Of a DNA stretch of 64,000 nucleotides, positions 20,081-29,339 are shown piece after piece. The first letter of the stretch is position 1, and the number at the start of each line of letters is the position of its first letter. A model generated the notes under the pieces. That model worked only from the letters and a program-made list of their open reading frames with translations. It did not search any database and was not told the DNA's origin. Both the position numbers and the translations under genes were made by a program. Source of the DNA: an uncultured Verrucomicrobiota bacterium (GTDB taxonomy: Bacteria; Verrucomicrobiota; Verrucomicrobiia; CAZIPW01); assembly GCA_964541675.1 (NCBI GenBank), contig CAZIPW010000008.1, positions 1,925-65,924 of the forward strand. The letters run 5' to 3'.

Positions 20081-20397
20081 GGGTGGGAGTTGGAAAAATC
20101 GCTGTGTCAGAATGTTGCACGCATCACTGTTATCTCACTGTTTATCAGTTATGATTGGGTAATATATAGTGTGCTTATATGGCGCAAGATTTGGGGCGCT
20201 GAGGCAATGAGAGGAATGGAAATCATGGGAGAAAAGTGGGTGTTCCTTGAGTGGGATATACAGATCATATTGGACTTTATTTTTGGATAAGAGATCTTTT
20301 ATTTTCAAGACAGTGGCATTATATCACAGTTTTGGGAGAGGGGGAAGAGGGCTCTTTTCCCTTGTCGTGTGGGGCGGCTTTGTGTCATGATGCCCCC

Positions 20398-21261
20398 ATG
20401 CGAGACTGTGGGCAGTTTTCTCTGGGGGATTTTCTCTTGAGCCTCTTGAAGCTTCTTGGACTGTACCTGGCGATTCTGCTTTTTTCGGCGCTCCTGACGC
20501 CCGCCATAGCGCCGCTTTTTCATGCTCACGGCGATGAGCACGGGCTGCTTTTCCACAGGATCTTTGACAGACTGCGTTACGTGGGATTTTTTCTGTGCCT
20601 GCCGTTTGTCTGGAGGATGGCGCGCATCAGATCGTTCTCGGATCTGGGCTGGGGGTCTGCCGGAATGGCAGTTCTTCTGGCTGTGTTGGGAGCCGTGAGC
20701 GTTATCGGACTGGGATGCTTCCTTACGGGGAACTTTGAGGGAATCGTGCTGCCCGACGGGTTTATTTGGATCATTGGCAGGGGCATTCGGGGTGCCTTGC
20801 TGGTGGCGCTCTTGGAGGAATTTCTCTTCCGCGGCATATTGCAGAGATATCTGAGTCTGAGCGCGGGTACGTGCGTGGGGGTGCTGGCGACTTCGCTTCT
20901 TTTTGCCCTTCTTCATGGCAGGCCGGAGACCTCAGGGCTGCCCGATCATGGATTTGCCGGGGGTTTCGGGCTGATGTGGATGTATGTCAACGGGGGGAGC
21001 TTTACGCTGCCGCAGATTGTCTTTGTGAATATGGCGCTTTTGGGCATTTCCCTGGGAGTCCTCTATGCACGGAGCAAATCGCTCCTGCCGTCGATGGGGC
21101 TGCATTTTGGAGCGGTGGCCGCGGCGATTCCCCTGGCGGCGGTACTCAAAGAGAACGAACTTCCTGCAATGGATATTGTCGGAAGCGGAATAACCACGAT
21201 GCTGCTTGTGGCGTGGATAGCGCTGGCAATCATCTGGCCGATGGATAAAAGGACGGCGTGA
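20398..21261 (+). CDS. CPBP family intramembrane glutamic endopeptidase (CAAX protease-like)
   Basis: Polytopic membrane protein with the EEFLFRGILQ motif and a downstream FALLHG. Confidence 0.7.
   Translation: MRDCGQFSLGDFLLSLLKLLGLYLAILLFSALLTPAIAPLFHAHGDEHGLLFHRIFDRLRYVGFFLCLPFVWRMARIRSFSDLGWGSAGMAVLLAVLGAVSVIGLGCFLTGNFEGIVLPDGFIWIIGRGIRGALLVALLEEFLFRGILQRYLSLSAGTCVGVLATSLLFALLHGRPETSGLPDHGFAGGFGLMWMYVNGGSFTLPQIVFVNMALLGISLGVLYARSKSLLPSMGLHFGAVAAAIPLAAVLKENELPAMDIVGSGITTMLLVAWIALAIIWPMDKRTA
21203..21250 (+). repeat. 48-bp direct repeat, copy 1 (3' end of CPBP gene)
   Basis: TGCTTGTGGCGTGGATAGCGCTGGCAATCATCTGGCCGATGGATAAAA. Repeated at 22170-22217 with 3 mismatches. Confidence 0.8.
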
Positions 21262-21265
21262 TCTT

Positions 21266-22159
21266 ATGCGCAAAAAAAATCTGATCATGGGAGTTTTCTC
21301 GGGGTATGGGATTCCCCAGCTTAAACCCTGGGTTTTGTCCATCAACAGGGTGATGTCAAACAACGTGGAAAAGGCGGTGGGTGTCGGCGAAGCATCTCCG
21401 GAGACAAAGCAGTGGCTTGTTTCTCAGGGCTTCCGGCTCTTTGAACTGGCGAGGTCTCCAATGGCTGTCTTTACTTCGCGCTTTTGGGATATATCTGAAT
21501 ATCTCCGGTTGCACTGGCGTGAATATGACCGAGTGATAACTACTGACGTCAAGGACGTCTATTTTCAGAAGAATCCTTTCGATTTTCTGGAGCGTCATTG
21601 CATCGGCAGGAAAGGCCACAAACAGCTGATCGTGGGCTCGGAATGTCTGAGTTACAAAAATGAACCCTGGAACAATGGCAACCTGTTGGGGACTTATGGC
21701 GCGCAGGTTTATGAGCTTTTCAAGGAGAACGAGATCTTTAATTCCGGGGTGTTGGCGGGATCTTCGGAGTACATAAAGGATCTGGCCTTCAACATATATG
21801 TGAACGCGGTGGAGCGTCCCAAGTGCGATCGCAGCCTGGATCAGGCGGTTCTGAATGTGCTGGCGCAGACCCAGCCCTTCAAGGACAGTATTTATTTCGC
21901 AAGACAGTACGAAGGCTGGTGCTGCAATGCCGCCACTACCGCCGATCCTACAAAATTTGAGGCCTACGGTCCCCATCTGATGGAGTCCAGGCCTGTCTAC
22001 AGGGACGGGAAAGTGTACTCATCTAGGGGTGATCTTTTCTTTGTCGTTCACCAGTACGATCGAGTGCCCGTGTGGAAGGAGAATGCCTTCAAGGTCTTCT
22101 CGGAGAATACGCCTCCAAAGAGGAGATTCTGGCGGAGGACATTCTCGAAATCGGCATAA
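21266..22159 (+). CDS. Hypothetical protein, possible nucleotide-diphospho-sugar (GT8-like) glycosyltransferase
   Basis: A DxD-like VITTDVKDVYF and IFNSGVLAGSSEYIKDL resemble GT8 motifs (NSGVMLINL). The assignment is weak. Confidence 0.5.
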   Translation: MRKKNLIMGVFSGYGIPQLKPWVLSINRVMSNNVEKAVGVGEASPETKQWLVSQGFRLFELARSPMAVFTSRFWDISEYLRLHWREYDRVITTDVKDVYFQKNPFDFLERHCIGRKGHKQLIVGSECLSYKNEPWNNGNLLGTYGAQVYELFKENEIFNSGVLAGSSEYIKDLAFNIYVNAVERPKCDRSLDQAVLNVLAQTQPFKDSIYFARQYEGWCCNAATTADPTKFEAYGPHLMESRPVYRDGKVYSSRGDLFFVVHQYDRVPVWKENAFKVFSENTPPKRRFWRRTFSKSA

Positions 22160-22169
22160 CCATGATTGT

Positions 22170-22217
22170 TGCTTGTGGCATGGATAGCAGTGGCAATCAT
22201 CTGGCCGATGGATAAAA
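22170..22217 (+). repeat. 48-bp direct repeat, copy 2 (downstream of 21266..22159)
   Basis: TGCTTGTGGCATGGATAGCAGTGGCAATCATCTGGCCGATGGATAAAA. Confidence 0.8.
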
Positions 22218-22236
22218 AAGTGAAATAGTGAACGTC

Positions 22237-22827
22237 CTATACCGCCTCAGGACGCAGGTATCCGCGGCGCTGTTTCTTCATCCATCTGGGGATCTTCGTC
22301 CAGAACTCTGCCATGCAGGTATCAAAAGCGGCCAGGTACTGCCGGAGGCCTTGTTTTTTGCCCTTTTCAAGGTTGGTGAAAAGCAGAGATCCGCCGTCTG
22401 TGTCCAGGTAGGCAACTATGAAGGGGGGGATAGGATTACAAATGACAGCAGAGGATGGGGCCACGACGTTGGCCAGCCTTGCAAGGCCAGTTTCTAAAAA
22501 GAGGATACTGAAGCTGTCGGTCTGGCATGGTGGTACTGCTTGAATAGATTCGAAGCGCCGAAGAACTTCTTCGTCAGAAATCTGCGGGGGTATGAGTTCC
22601 TCACTGGAAGTTATATTTGTGCCACGGATGATACGAAGATGACCTACATGATGTTTAACAAAAAGCAGCTGAGTAATTCTGCCACTCTCCTCCTGATTTT
22701 GACCGTACGCCCGAACGCACTCAATGGTATCTTGGAGCACTGTCCGAATTAAGATACCGGATCGCAGAACTTTCGGTAGGTTGCCTAAGAGTCGCTGGGT
22801 TTGAGCCGATGCAGTTGGAGATGCCAT
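22237..22827 (-). CDS. Hypothetical protein (196 aa)
   Basis: ORF only. Confidence 0.35.
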   Translation of the reverse strand: MASPTASAQTQRLLGNLPKVLRSGILIRTVLQDTIECVRAYGQNQEESGRITQLLFVKHHVGHLRIIRGTNITSSEELIPPQISDEEVLRRFESIQAVPPCQTDSFSILFLETGLARLANVVAPSSAVICNPIPPFIVAYLDTDGGSLLFTNLEKGKKQGLRQYLAAFDTCMAEFWTKIPRWMKKQRRGYLRPEAV

Positions 22828-22897
22828 AGGATAATATATATAGTATTATGCATTTCAATTATCGGCAAGGGAAAAATATGCACATTCTCAGCTAACT

Positions 22898-24097
22898 TTA
22901 CCCCCTCAATCTTGGCGTGCTCTGGGGAGCTTCCAGCGGATGGTAGCGGCGGTATTTTAATGGGAAGACCAGGCTGACCGTCGTGCCTTTGTGTTCGGTG
23001 CTTTTGATTTCAACGCTGCCCTGGTGAGCTCGCATTATCTTCTGCGCGATGAGCAGCCCGAGCCCTGTGCCGTGTTCCTTGGTGGTGAAGTAGGGTTCAA
23101 AAAGGCGGCGGAGCGACTCCTGAGAGATGCCCTTGCCGCTGTCGGTAAACTCAATCCGAAGGTGTTCCGCGTCGGATGCGGCGCGAATGATGAGTGTTCC
23201 GCCGCTTTCCATGGCTTCCTTGGCGTTCTTGATGACGTTGAAGTATACCTGTTTGAGCTGGCCTTCGTCGGCCATGATCATGGGAACAAGCCCCGGCAGC
23301 TCGACCTTGATCGCGACCTTCGTGCTTTCCATCTCCGCGCGCAGGACCGAAAGCACCTCTTCGAGGATCTTGACCGCATCGGTGGGCTGCAGGTTGGCGG
23401 GGAAGTGGCGGATCGCCTGCAGAAAGTTGCGAATGATGTGATCGAGGCGTTTGATCTCGCCTTGGGCGATCGAAACGGAGTTGCCGAGGGTCTTTCTGCC
23501 AGAGGGGGAGATTTTTTCTTTTTGCACGGCTCGCTCAAGAAGCTGCAGGTGTATCTGCAGCGCATTGAGGGGGTTTCCCAGCTCGTGGGCCACTCCGGCG
23601 GCCAGTTGGGTCAACGCCTCCAGCCGCACGTCTTCCAGGTGCCGCGAGTCGCTTTCCTTTTGGGAGGTGATGTCCCCCAAGACGATCAGGAAGCGCTCGG
23701 TGTCAAGAGGGGTTGCGTATAGCCGGACGATCTTTTCGGAGGGGTAGTGCAGGGTGATCTCTTTTGTCAGCGAGTCGGCAATCTCCGGAAGGCTGCCCCC
23801 GGAAACGCCAAGCGCACGCGCAAGATCGGGACTGCTCCGCCATAAATTGGCCGCTGGAAAGCCGTCCTCGACATCGGGAATGCCCAGCATCGCCATGGCG
23901 GAGGGATTGATAAGGCCGATGGTGCCCCAGCGGTCTATGAGAATAATCCCCTCCAGAAGAGATCTCATTATTGCGTCCAGACTGCCGCGCTCCATGCAGA
24001 GCTTTTCGGTGACCGAGCGCAGATCATCGCTGGAGAGGGCTTTGATATGTCCTATGGCGCGATCAAGTCCGGAGCGGGAGGCTGGTTTCCTGGGCAT
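22898..24097 (-). CDS. Sensor histidine kinase (PAS + HisKA + HATPase_c; NtrB/AtoS-like)
   Basis: H-box LAAGVAHELGNPLNALQ. G-box GTGLGLLIAQKIM. Confidence 0.85.
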   Translation of the reverse strand: MPRKPASRSGLDRAIGHIKALSSDDLRSVTEKLCMERGSLDAIMRSLLEGIILIDRWGTIGLINPSAMAMLGIPDVEDGFPAANLWRSSPDLARALGVSGGSLPEIADSLTKEITLHYPSEKIVRLYATPLDTERFLIVLGDITSQKESDSRHLEDVRLEALTQLAAGVAHELGNPLNALQIHLQLLERAVQKEKISPSGRKTLGNSVSIAQGEIKRLDHIIRNFLQAIRHFPANLQPTDAVKILEEVLSVLRAEMESTKVAIKVELPGLVPMIMADEGQLKQVYFNVIKNAKEAMESGGTLIIRAASDAEHLRIEFTDSGKGISQESLRRLFEPYFTTKEHGTGLGLLIAQKIMRAHQGSVEIKSTEHKGTTVSLVFPLKYRRYHPLEAPQSTPRLRG

Positions 24098-24120
24098 GGG
24101 AGAAGAATAACAAAAAATCG

Positions 24121-24496
24121 CTATTTGTGAAATCCTTTTAGAAACTCGTCGATCTTGGCTATCATATCACTTGGAGAGTCGTATTCTATAAAGACATGGG
24201 TGATGGCCGCCAGGGAACTGGCAGGTTTTGAGCCTTTTTGGTATATGCAGATAATCGGTATCAAGCCCGCATTGGCCCATCCGAGCTCAATTCCCTGGCC
24301 GGTAGAAGGCATGGAGACTTCTGCCAGAAGAAGGTCGAAGGTCTTTAATAGTTTCCGTGTGTCAAAGGGGAGATCGGAGTTTTCGTGCGGAAAAAAGATC
24401 TTGTGATTCCTGTCAAGGTGGCTTTGGCGGAGGGGTTCGTACAGGTTCTTCACATAATCGTATCCGTGCCGGGGATGGCTGACGTAGATCTTCATA
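24121..24496 (-). CDS. Nucleoside 2-deoxyribosyltransferase-like small protein
   Basis: MKIYVSHP... with GQGIELGWANAGLIPIICIY resembling the NDT/YtoQ-type motif. The longer track ORF (to 24867) reads through tRNA-Ser and is rejected. Confidence 0.45.
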
Positions 24497-24501
24497 AGAA
24501 T

Positions 24502-24588
24502 CGGAGAGGGAGGGATTCGAACCCACGGAGCCCTTGCGGGCTCTCCGGTTTTCAAGACCGGTGCATTAAACCACTCTGCCACCTCTCC
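24502..24588 (-). tRNA. tRNA-Ser (anticodon TGA), long variable arm
   Basis: The reverse complement is GGAGAGGTGGCAGAGTGGTTTAATGCACCGGTCTTGAAAACCGGAGAGCCCGCAAGGGCTCCGTGGGTTCGAATCCCTCCCTCTCCG. Confidence 0.85.
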
Positions 24589-24715
24589 CAGTAGAGCACA
24601 TATTTGAATGCAGTAACCGGCGATTTGCAAACCAAATTTTGGGATTGAGTAAAGAATCGGGTGGGAAGGAGGGGGATTGACGATTTCCTCTCTTTGAGAT
24701 AGGATCCGAGGCTTC

Positions 24716-25690
24716 ATGGCCCAGAATTCCACCGTGTATACCCTCGATTTTGAAAGGCCCCTGCAGGCTCTTGAAGACCAGCTCATGAACCTGCGCCGTC
24801 TTTCGGAGGAGCAGAAGCTCGACGTCCGTGACGAGATCGAGGCGATCGAAAAGAAATTTGCCGCCACGCAGAAGGATATCTATTCCAAGCTGACCGCCTG
24901 GCAGCGCATACAGCTCTCCCGACATCCCAAGCGCCCCTACGCGCTGGACTACGTGAATGCCATCTTCGCGAATTTTGAGGAGCTGCACGGGGACCGTTCC
25001 TTTGGAGACGACCAGGCGCTAATTGGTGGTCTGGCCTTCCTGGAGGGCAAGCCGGTCATGATCATAGCCCAGCAGAAGGGCCGAGACACCAAGGAGAAGA
25101 TCAGGCGCAACTTTGGTATGCCACAGCCGGAGGGATATCGGAAGGCGCTTCGCCTGATGAAGCTGGCGGCAAAGTTTGATATACCGATCGTCTCCTTTAT
25201 CGATACTCCCGGCGCCTATCCGGGCGTCAAGAGCGAGGAGCGTCACGTCAGCGAGGCGATTGCCGTTAACCTGCGCGAGATGACACTGCTTAAGGTTCCG
25301 ACTATTGCCATTGTAATAGGAGAGGGTGGCAGCGGGGGCGCTTTGGGCATTGGGGTTGCCGATCGCGTGTTTATTCTGGAAAACGCGTACTATTCGGTCA
25401 TCTCACCGGAGGGATGCGCGGCCATCCTCTGGAAGGATCGTGCGGCAGCCCCAAAGGCGGCCGAGGCTCTCAAAATTACCTCCCACGATTTGGAGAAACT
25501 CGGGATTGTTGACGACGTGATTGATGAGCCGATGGGGGGCGCGCATCGCAATCCGGAGAGAACCTATTCCAAGGTGGAGTCTGTCATCAAAAAGGCGCTT
25601 ACGGAGCTCAATGACCTGACCAAGAAGGATCTGCTGGAGCAGCGCTATCAGAAATTCCGCAAGATGGGGGTCTTTGAGGAGGGGAAGTAG
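24716..25690 (+). CDS. accA: Acetyl-CoA carboxylase carboxyltransferase subunit alpha
   Basis: ...RHPKRPYALDYV...GRDTKEKIRRNFGMPQPEGYRKALRLMKLA... Canonical AccA. Confidence 0.9.
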   Translation: MAQNSTVYTLDFERPLQALEDQLMNLRRLSEEQKLDVRDEIEAIEKKFAATQKDIYSKLTAWQRIQLSRHPKRPYALDYVNAIFANFEELHGDRSFGDDQALIGGLAFLEGKPVMIIAQQKGRDTKEKIRRNFGMPQPEGYRKALRLMKLAAKFDIPIVSFIDTPGAYPGVKSEERHVSEAIAVNLREMTLLKVPTIAIVIGEGGSGGALGIGVADRVFILENAYYSVISPEGCAAILWKDRAAAPKAAEALKITSHDLEKLGIVDDVIDEPMGGAHRNPERTYSKVESVIKKALTELNDLTKKDLLEQRYQKFRKMGVFEEGK

Positions 25691-25756
25691 AACCACGGAT
25701 TGTGCAGATGTTCCGTGCTTGCAATTTTTGCGCCGTGGTAGTAAAAGGCTCTTATC

Positions 25757-26350
25757 ATGAGAACTTTTCTGCTGACGCTCACCCTGATTGCCGCCGCGCT
25801 CCTCTCCTATGGAGATACCCCCAGGTCAACCGCGACCGCCGGGACTCCAACCCTATCGGAGAGGAAACTCGATGAGATCAGCGCGTACCGCAAGGAGGCC
25901 TTTCTCCGCATCGATGAGAAGCTGGCAAAAATCAGGGAGGATGAAAAGGCGCTCTCCCTGAAGAACAAGGATCTGGCTCTCCGCCGCCGCGAGTTGAACA
26001 CGGAGGAGGATAAGATGGGAATCGAGACGGGGCTTGATTCCCGCAAGGAGGAGCTCTCTTCCGCCCAAAAGGCTCTGGCTGCCGAGGAAAAGATCATGGC
26101 GGAACGCCGCGCCGCCGTGCAGGCGGTAGAGGCCGAGATCAACAAGATCAAGACTGATTTTGAAGAGGCCCACGGGATCACCCCGCGCCGCAATGCCATC
26201 AACAGTGAGCAGCATGAAATTGACAAGGATTCCCGCAGAGTTGAGGATCGCAAGAGGGAGCTGTTGGAGGCCAAACGCCGTCTGGAGCACATGGACAGGG
26301 AGAAGATGGCTGAATTTATGCGGGACTTGGACGTTCGCGACGAGAAATAG
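25757..26350 (+). CDS. Secreted coiled-coil protein (hypothetical)
   Basis: Signal peptide followed by E/K/R-rich heptad-like sequence. Confidence 0.45.
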   Translation: MRTFLLTLTLIAAALLSYGDTPRSTATAGTPTLSERKLDEISAYRKEAFLRIDEKLAKIREDEKALSLKNKDLALRRRELNTEEDKMGIETGLDSRKEELSSAQKALAAEEKIMAERRAAVQAVEAEINKIKTDFEEAHGITPRRNAINSEQHEIDKDSRRVEDRKRELLEAKRRLEHMDREKMAEFMRDLDVRDEK

Positions 26351-26466
26351 GTCTGGGCGGGCGCTACGCTGTGGACTATGGCAAAGCCGGGTCGCTATAG
26401 TGCCGTTGCGTTCCTTACCGCTTCCCAATCCCGCATTGTCGGCCGCGGAGCCCGTACGCCCTGATT

Positions 26467-28017
26467 CTAGGGGCTGTACAGGAAGAATATCCCGCTGGGG
26501 GTTTTATAATCGTAACTTACCCCGCTACTGGTATCCGAGATGGAGATGTCGAAGTCGCCGCTGCCGTAGGTCTGGTCGGACGGGGGGATGGTAAAGCTGA
26601 AGGTTCCTCCTCCCGCTGGAGCAGGGTAGGTCCCTCCGACGCCAGGTGCCGTCAGCGGCGGGAGCGGTATGGGAGCGGTGGAGACCGGTATGTAGGGCGA
26701 ATTGGACATGGAGATGCCCTCCTGGGAATTGATATTCGCCGATATCGTGGCGGTGTTGCTGTTCCAGGAGAAGGGCGAGAAACCCTTTCCCGTGGCGCCG
26801 TTGTATAGATCCACTACAACCAGTTGGCCGATGACGGTGCCGATGTTGGCGTCTGTTATCAGGCCGCCGGAGTTGTTCTCAAATTGCGTTACGAGGTCTG
26901 GGTTGGCGCTGGCACCGCCCGTGGCGTAAGCGGACAGAGGCGTGTTGCCGCTGCCAGTCGTGATGCCGGCGAATGTGATCGATGGGTTTGGGGGGACGAG
27001 CGTCGCGGCGGGGCTCCCAACTGAAATGTTTCTGGCGGCGCTCTGATCGGCGGCGGTGGGGTCGTTGGTGGTGACCACGGCTCCGTTCACGGTCAGATAG
27101 GCGAAGATATAGACGGTCGGATCGGTGGGTCCGGCGGTGTAGGCGGGAGATCCCGGGTAGGCAGGGGCGGGGATCGCGCCGTTGGTGTACTCTACCAGGT
27201 TGAAGGTGCCCAGGGGCGAGTTAGTCACGCCGTCGGTGGCCCCGCGCGCGCTGTAGGCCCAGGCGAAATTTAGCTGATATGGGGTGGGCGTGCCGGTGAT
27301 GCCGGTGGTGGTGGGCGCGGCGACGACGGTCGAGTCCTCATCCCAGACGTAGGCGTCGTTGTTGTTGTATTTGGTGCCGGTGACGTTCGAGGTCTGGGCG
27401 GCGGTGATGATTGCTTGGGCGGTCGGTGTAAGAGCTGCGCCAGCAAGCCCAGTTGTAGGTACGACACCGTTAGAAAATATGCCTGACCAATTGGTGTATG
27501 GGGTTCCCGAACCTTGAAAGTTGGAGAACTCTTGGCTATTCTTGTTGACAACAATAAAACCCAGCCCGGCTTGCGCGATAGAGGGACTTGCTGACGTAAA
27601 CACAATTCTCTTTCTGGTATCGCCACTCTGGCTCATCTGATAAGGGAATGGTATGATGTATTCATTCGCGGAGAGCGTCTGGCCTCCCACAGTTCCCTTT
27701 TGCGTTTTGGAATTGGCCGTTACAGGGTTTTGCAGGAAATATGTCAGGTATGCCGCCGTCATGCCGGCGTTATTGATATTAGTTAAACTAACTGCAAGTG
27801 GCGTGGCTGCCGTACCAACTATCGCCGCCAGATTTCCACCGCTCATCCTCAGCTCCGCAAGTACTTGATTGAGTTCCGCCTGATCCTTCTGCTGGGCAAC
27901 CGCAGTCGCGCTGTTCTGAACGCCCTTGTAGGCGTTCATAATTATTGCTGCCACTATGCCAATAATGGCAAGTGTGACCATGATCTCGATGAGGGAGAAC
28001 GCTTTCCTTGTACGCAT
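26467..28017 (-). CDS. Prepilin-type N-terminal cleavage/methylation domain protein (large pseudopilin-like)
   Basis: MRTRKAFSLIEIMVTLAIIGIVAAII fits the class III signal peptide GFxxxE consensus. A long Thr/Gly/Ala-rich extracellular region follows. Confidence 0.7.
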   Translation of the reverse strand: MRTRKAFSLIEIMVTLAIIGIVAAIIMNAYKGVQNSATAVAQQKDQAELNQVLAELRMSGGNLAAIVGTAATPLAVSLTNINNAGMTAAYLTYFLQNPVTANSKTQKGTVGGQTLSANEYIIPFPYQMSQSGDTRKRIVFTSASPSIAQAGLGFIVVNKNSQEFSNFQGSGTPYTNWSGIFSNGVVPTTGLAGAALTPTAQAIITAAQTSNVTGTKYNNNDAYVWDEDSTVVAAPTTTGITGTPTPYQLNFAWAYSARGATDGVTNSPLGTFNLVEYTNGAIPAPAYPGSPAYTAGPTDPTVYIFAYLTVNGAVVTTNDPTAADQSAARNISVGSPAATLVPPNPSITFAGITTGSGNTPLSAYATGGASANPDLVTQFENNSGGLITDANIGTVIGQLVVVDLYNGATGKGFSPFSWNSNTATISANINSQEGISMSNSPYIPVSTAPIPLPPLTAPGVGGTYPAPAGGGTFSFTIPPSDQTYGSGDFDISISDTSSGVSYDYKTPSGIFFLYSP

Positions 28018-28119
28018 AGTATCCACAACGGAACTATAGCACAGATTTATAGGTGTTTCCACTCGATCTAAATGATATAAGAGCTTTACACTCTCTTTAC
28101 AAAGAAGAAGCTTCTTCGT

Positions 28120-28863
28120 CTATACCTTCAGCGCGGGAAGCCCCCGTATTCTGGATCTCTGATGGTCAGCATTCACAACGGACACATTTGCGTTGCCAAA
28201 CCTACTGTCAACCCGTCCCTGATCCTGGCCTTGTCCCTTGCGTCCGAGTGCAAGCAAAGTGAGCGCGCCCAATCCAGCGAGCGCCAGCGTGCCGGGTTCT
28301 GGAACGGGATCGGTAAAAGAAGTGACAGGACCCGTACCCCAATTACCATAGTTTCCATCCCATAGAGCACCGGCATTGTCTTGAATCGTATAACCACCGT
28401 TTGCGGCCGAAATAAGCGCCGCCTGTATACTGCTGGGAGTAGCGGGTACAGAAGAGGGTGATATATCCAGCGTAAGAGAATCACTTTGCTGATTCCAAGC
28501 CAATGAAATCTGTCCTACACCGGCAGCATAAACTATGTTTAGATCCGAATAGCTATAATTAACAGTATTACCGCCGTAAGTAACTCCATAAAAAATGTTA
28601 GCCGTAGCATCATACCCTTCAATACTATCTGGGGTTAGGCTCGAAGGATTGAAAGTGATCGTCCCATTGGCCACAGCACCCGGATAAAAAACTGTGCCAC
28701 CGGAAGAGGCTTGGCTAAAGGGCACAGACCAACGAAAGCTCTCATCGGTACCCAGCGTTCCCTGAGCTATTGTCTTTTGGCCTCCTGTGGCAATCGTACC
28801 GATGACGCCGAGAGCCGTGGCCCATCCGGCAAGACGTGAAGAAAGGGAGAGTTCTGGCTTCAT
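28120..28863 (-). CDS. Secreted protein with internal PEP-CTERM-like motif followed by a 37-aa C-terminal extension
   Basis: Signal peptide, then ...VPEPGTLALAGLGALTLLALGRKGQ..., then a further 37 residues before the stop. Paralog of 29340..30113. Confidence 0.55.
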   Translation of the reverse strand: MKPELSLSSRLAGWATALGVIGTIATGGQKTIAQGTLGTDESFRWSVPFSQASSGGTVFYPGAVANGTITFNPSSLTPDSIEGYDATANIFYGVTYGGNTVNYSYSDLNIVYAAGVGQISLAWNQQSDSLTLDISPSSVPATPSSIQAALISAANGGYTIQDNAGALWDGNYGNWGTGPVTSFTDPVPEPGTLALAGLGALTLLALGRKGQGQDQGRVDSRFGNANVSVVNADHQRSRIRGLPALKV

Positions 28864-29082
28864 AACAGCCCCGATTGTCACTATTTTAATCGTACAGGCA
28901 AGCGGATATTTTGACTAAAAAGCAACCTGTTAATTTTCATATACTTGCAGTTTGTTTTTTACAACAGCCAAAATGCAGACTTCGTTTGGATGGACTAGAG
29001 CACTTCCATAAAATATGTATTATTCCTGACCACCCAACCCCTTGCGGGTTGCCTTGTATAGCCACCGGTTGCCTCTACTGTA

Positions 29083-29195
29083 GCCGCAGAGCGGCGGTTC
29101 GTGCGCGAAGCGCGGAAATATCTCCCTTGGGTCGGGGTGGTCAGTTTTTTACCGGTGGCGAGCAAGAGAATTGGCTACATAATTTTTGTAAATGC
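29083..29195 (+). repeat. Partial copy (3' portion) of the ~318-bp repeat family
   Basis: ...TTTTTTACCGGTGGCGAGCAAGAGAATTGGCTACATAATTTTTGTAAATGCT matches the unit end ...CTTTTTACCGGTGGCGAGCAGGAGAATTGACCACATCATTTATGTAAATGTT. Confidence 0.6.
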
Positions 29196-29339
29196 TCTAG
29201 CGGCATGGCCAATGGCAAAATTTCTTGTGTCAAAATATCAGATCAAAAACATAACATTTAACTTATTGATAGTATGTTGCACTTATAGCAGTAATTAGTG
29301 TTTGCCTCTTAGACTTTAAAAAGTGATACTTGGGGCGTT

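Noticed and set aside
24121-24867. 248-aa ORF on the minus strand
   Set aside because: Its N-terminal half reads straight through tRNA-Ser (24502-24588). Only the downstream 125 codons, from the ATG at 24496, are plausible coding sequence.
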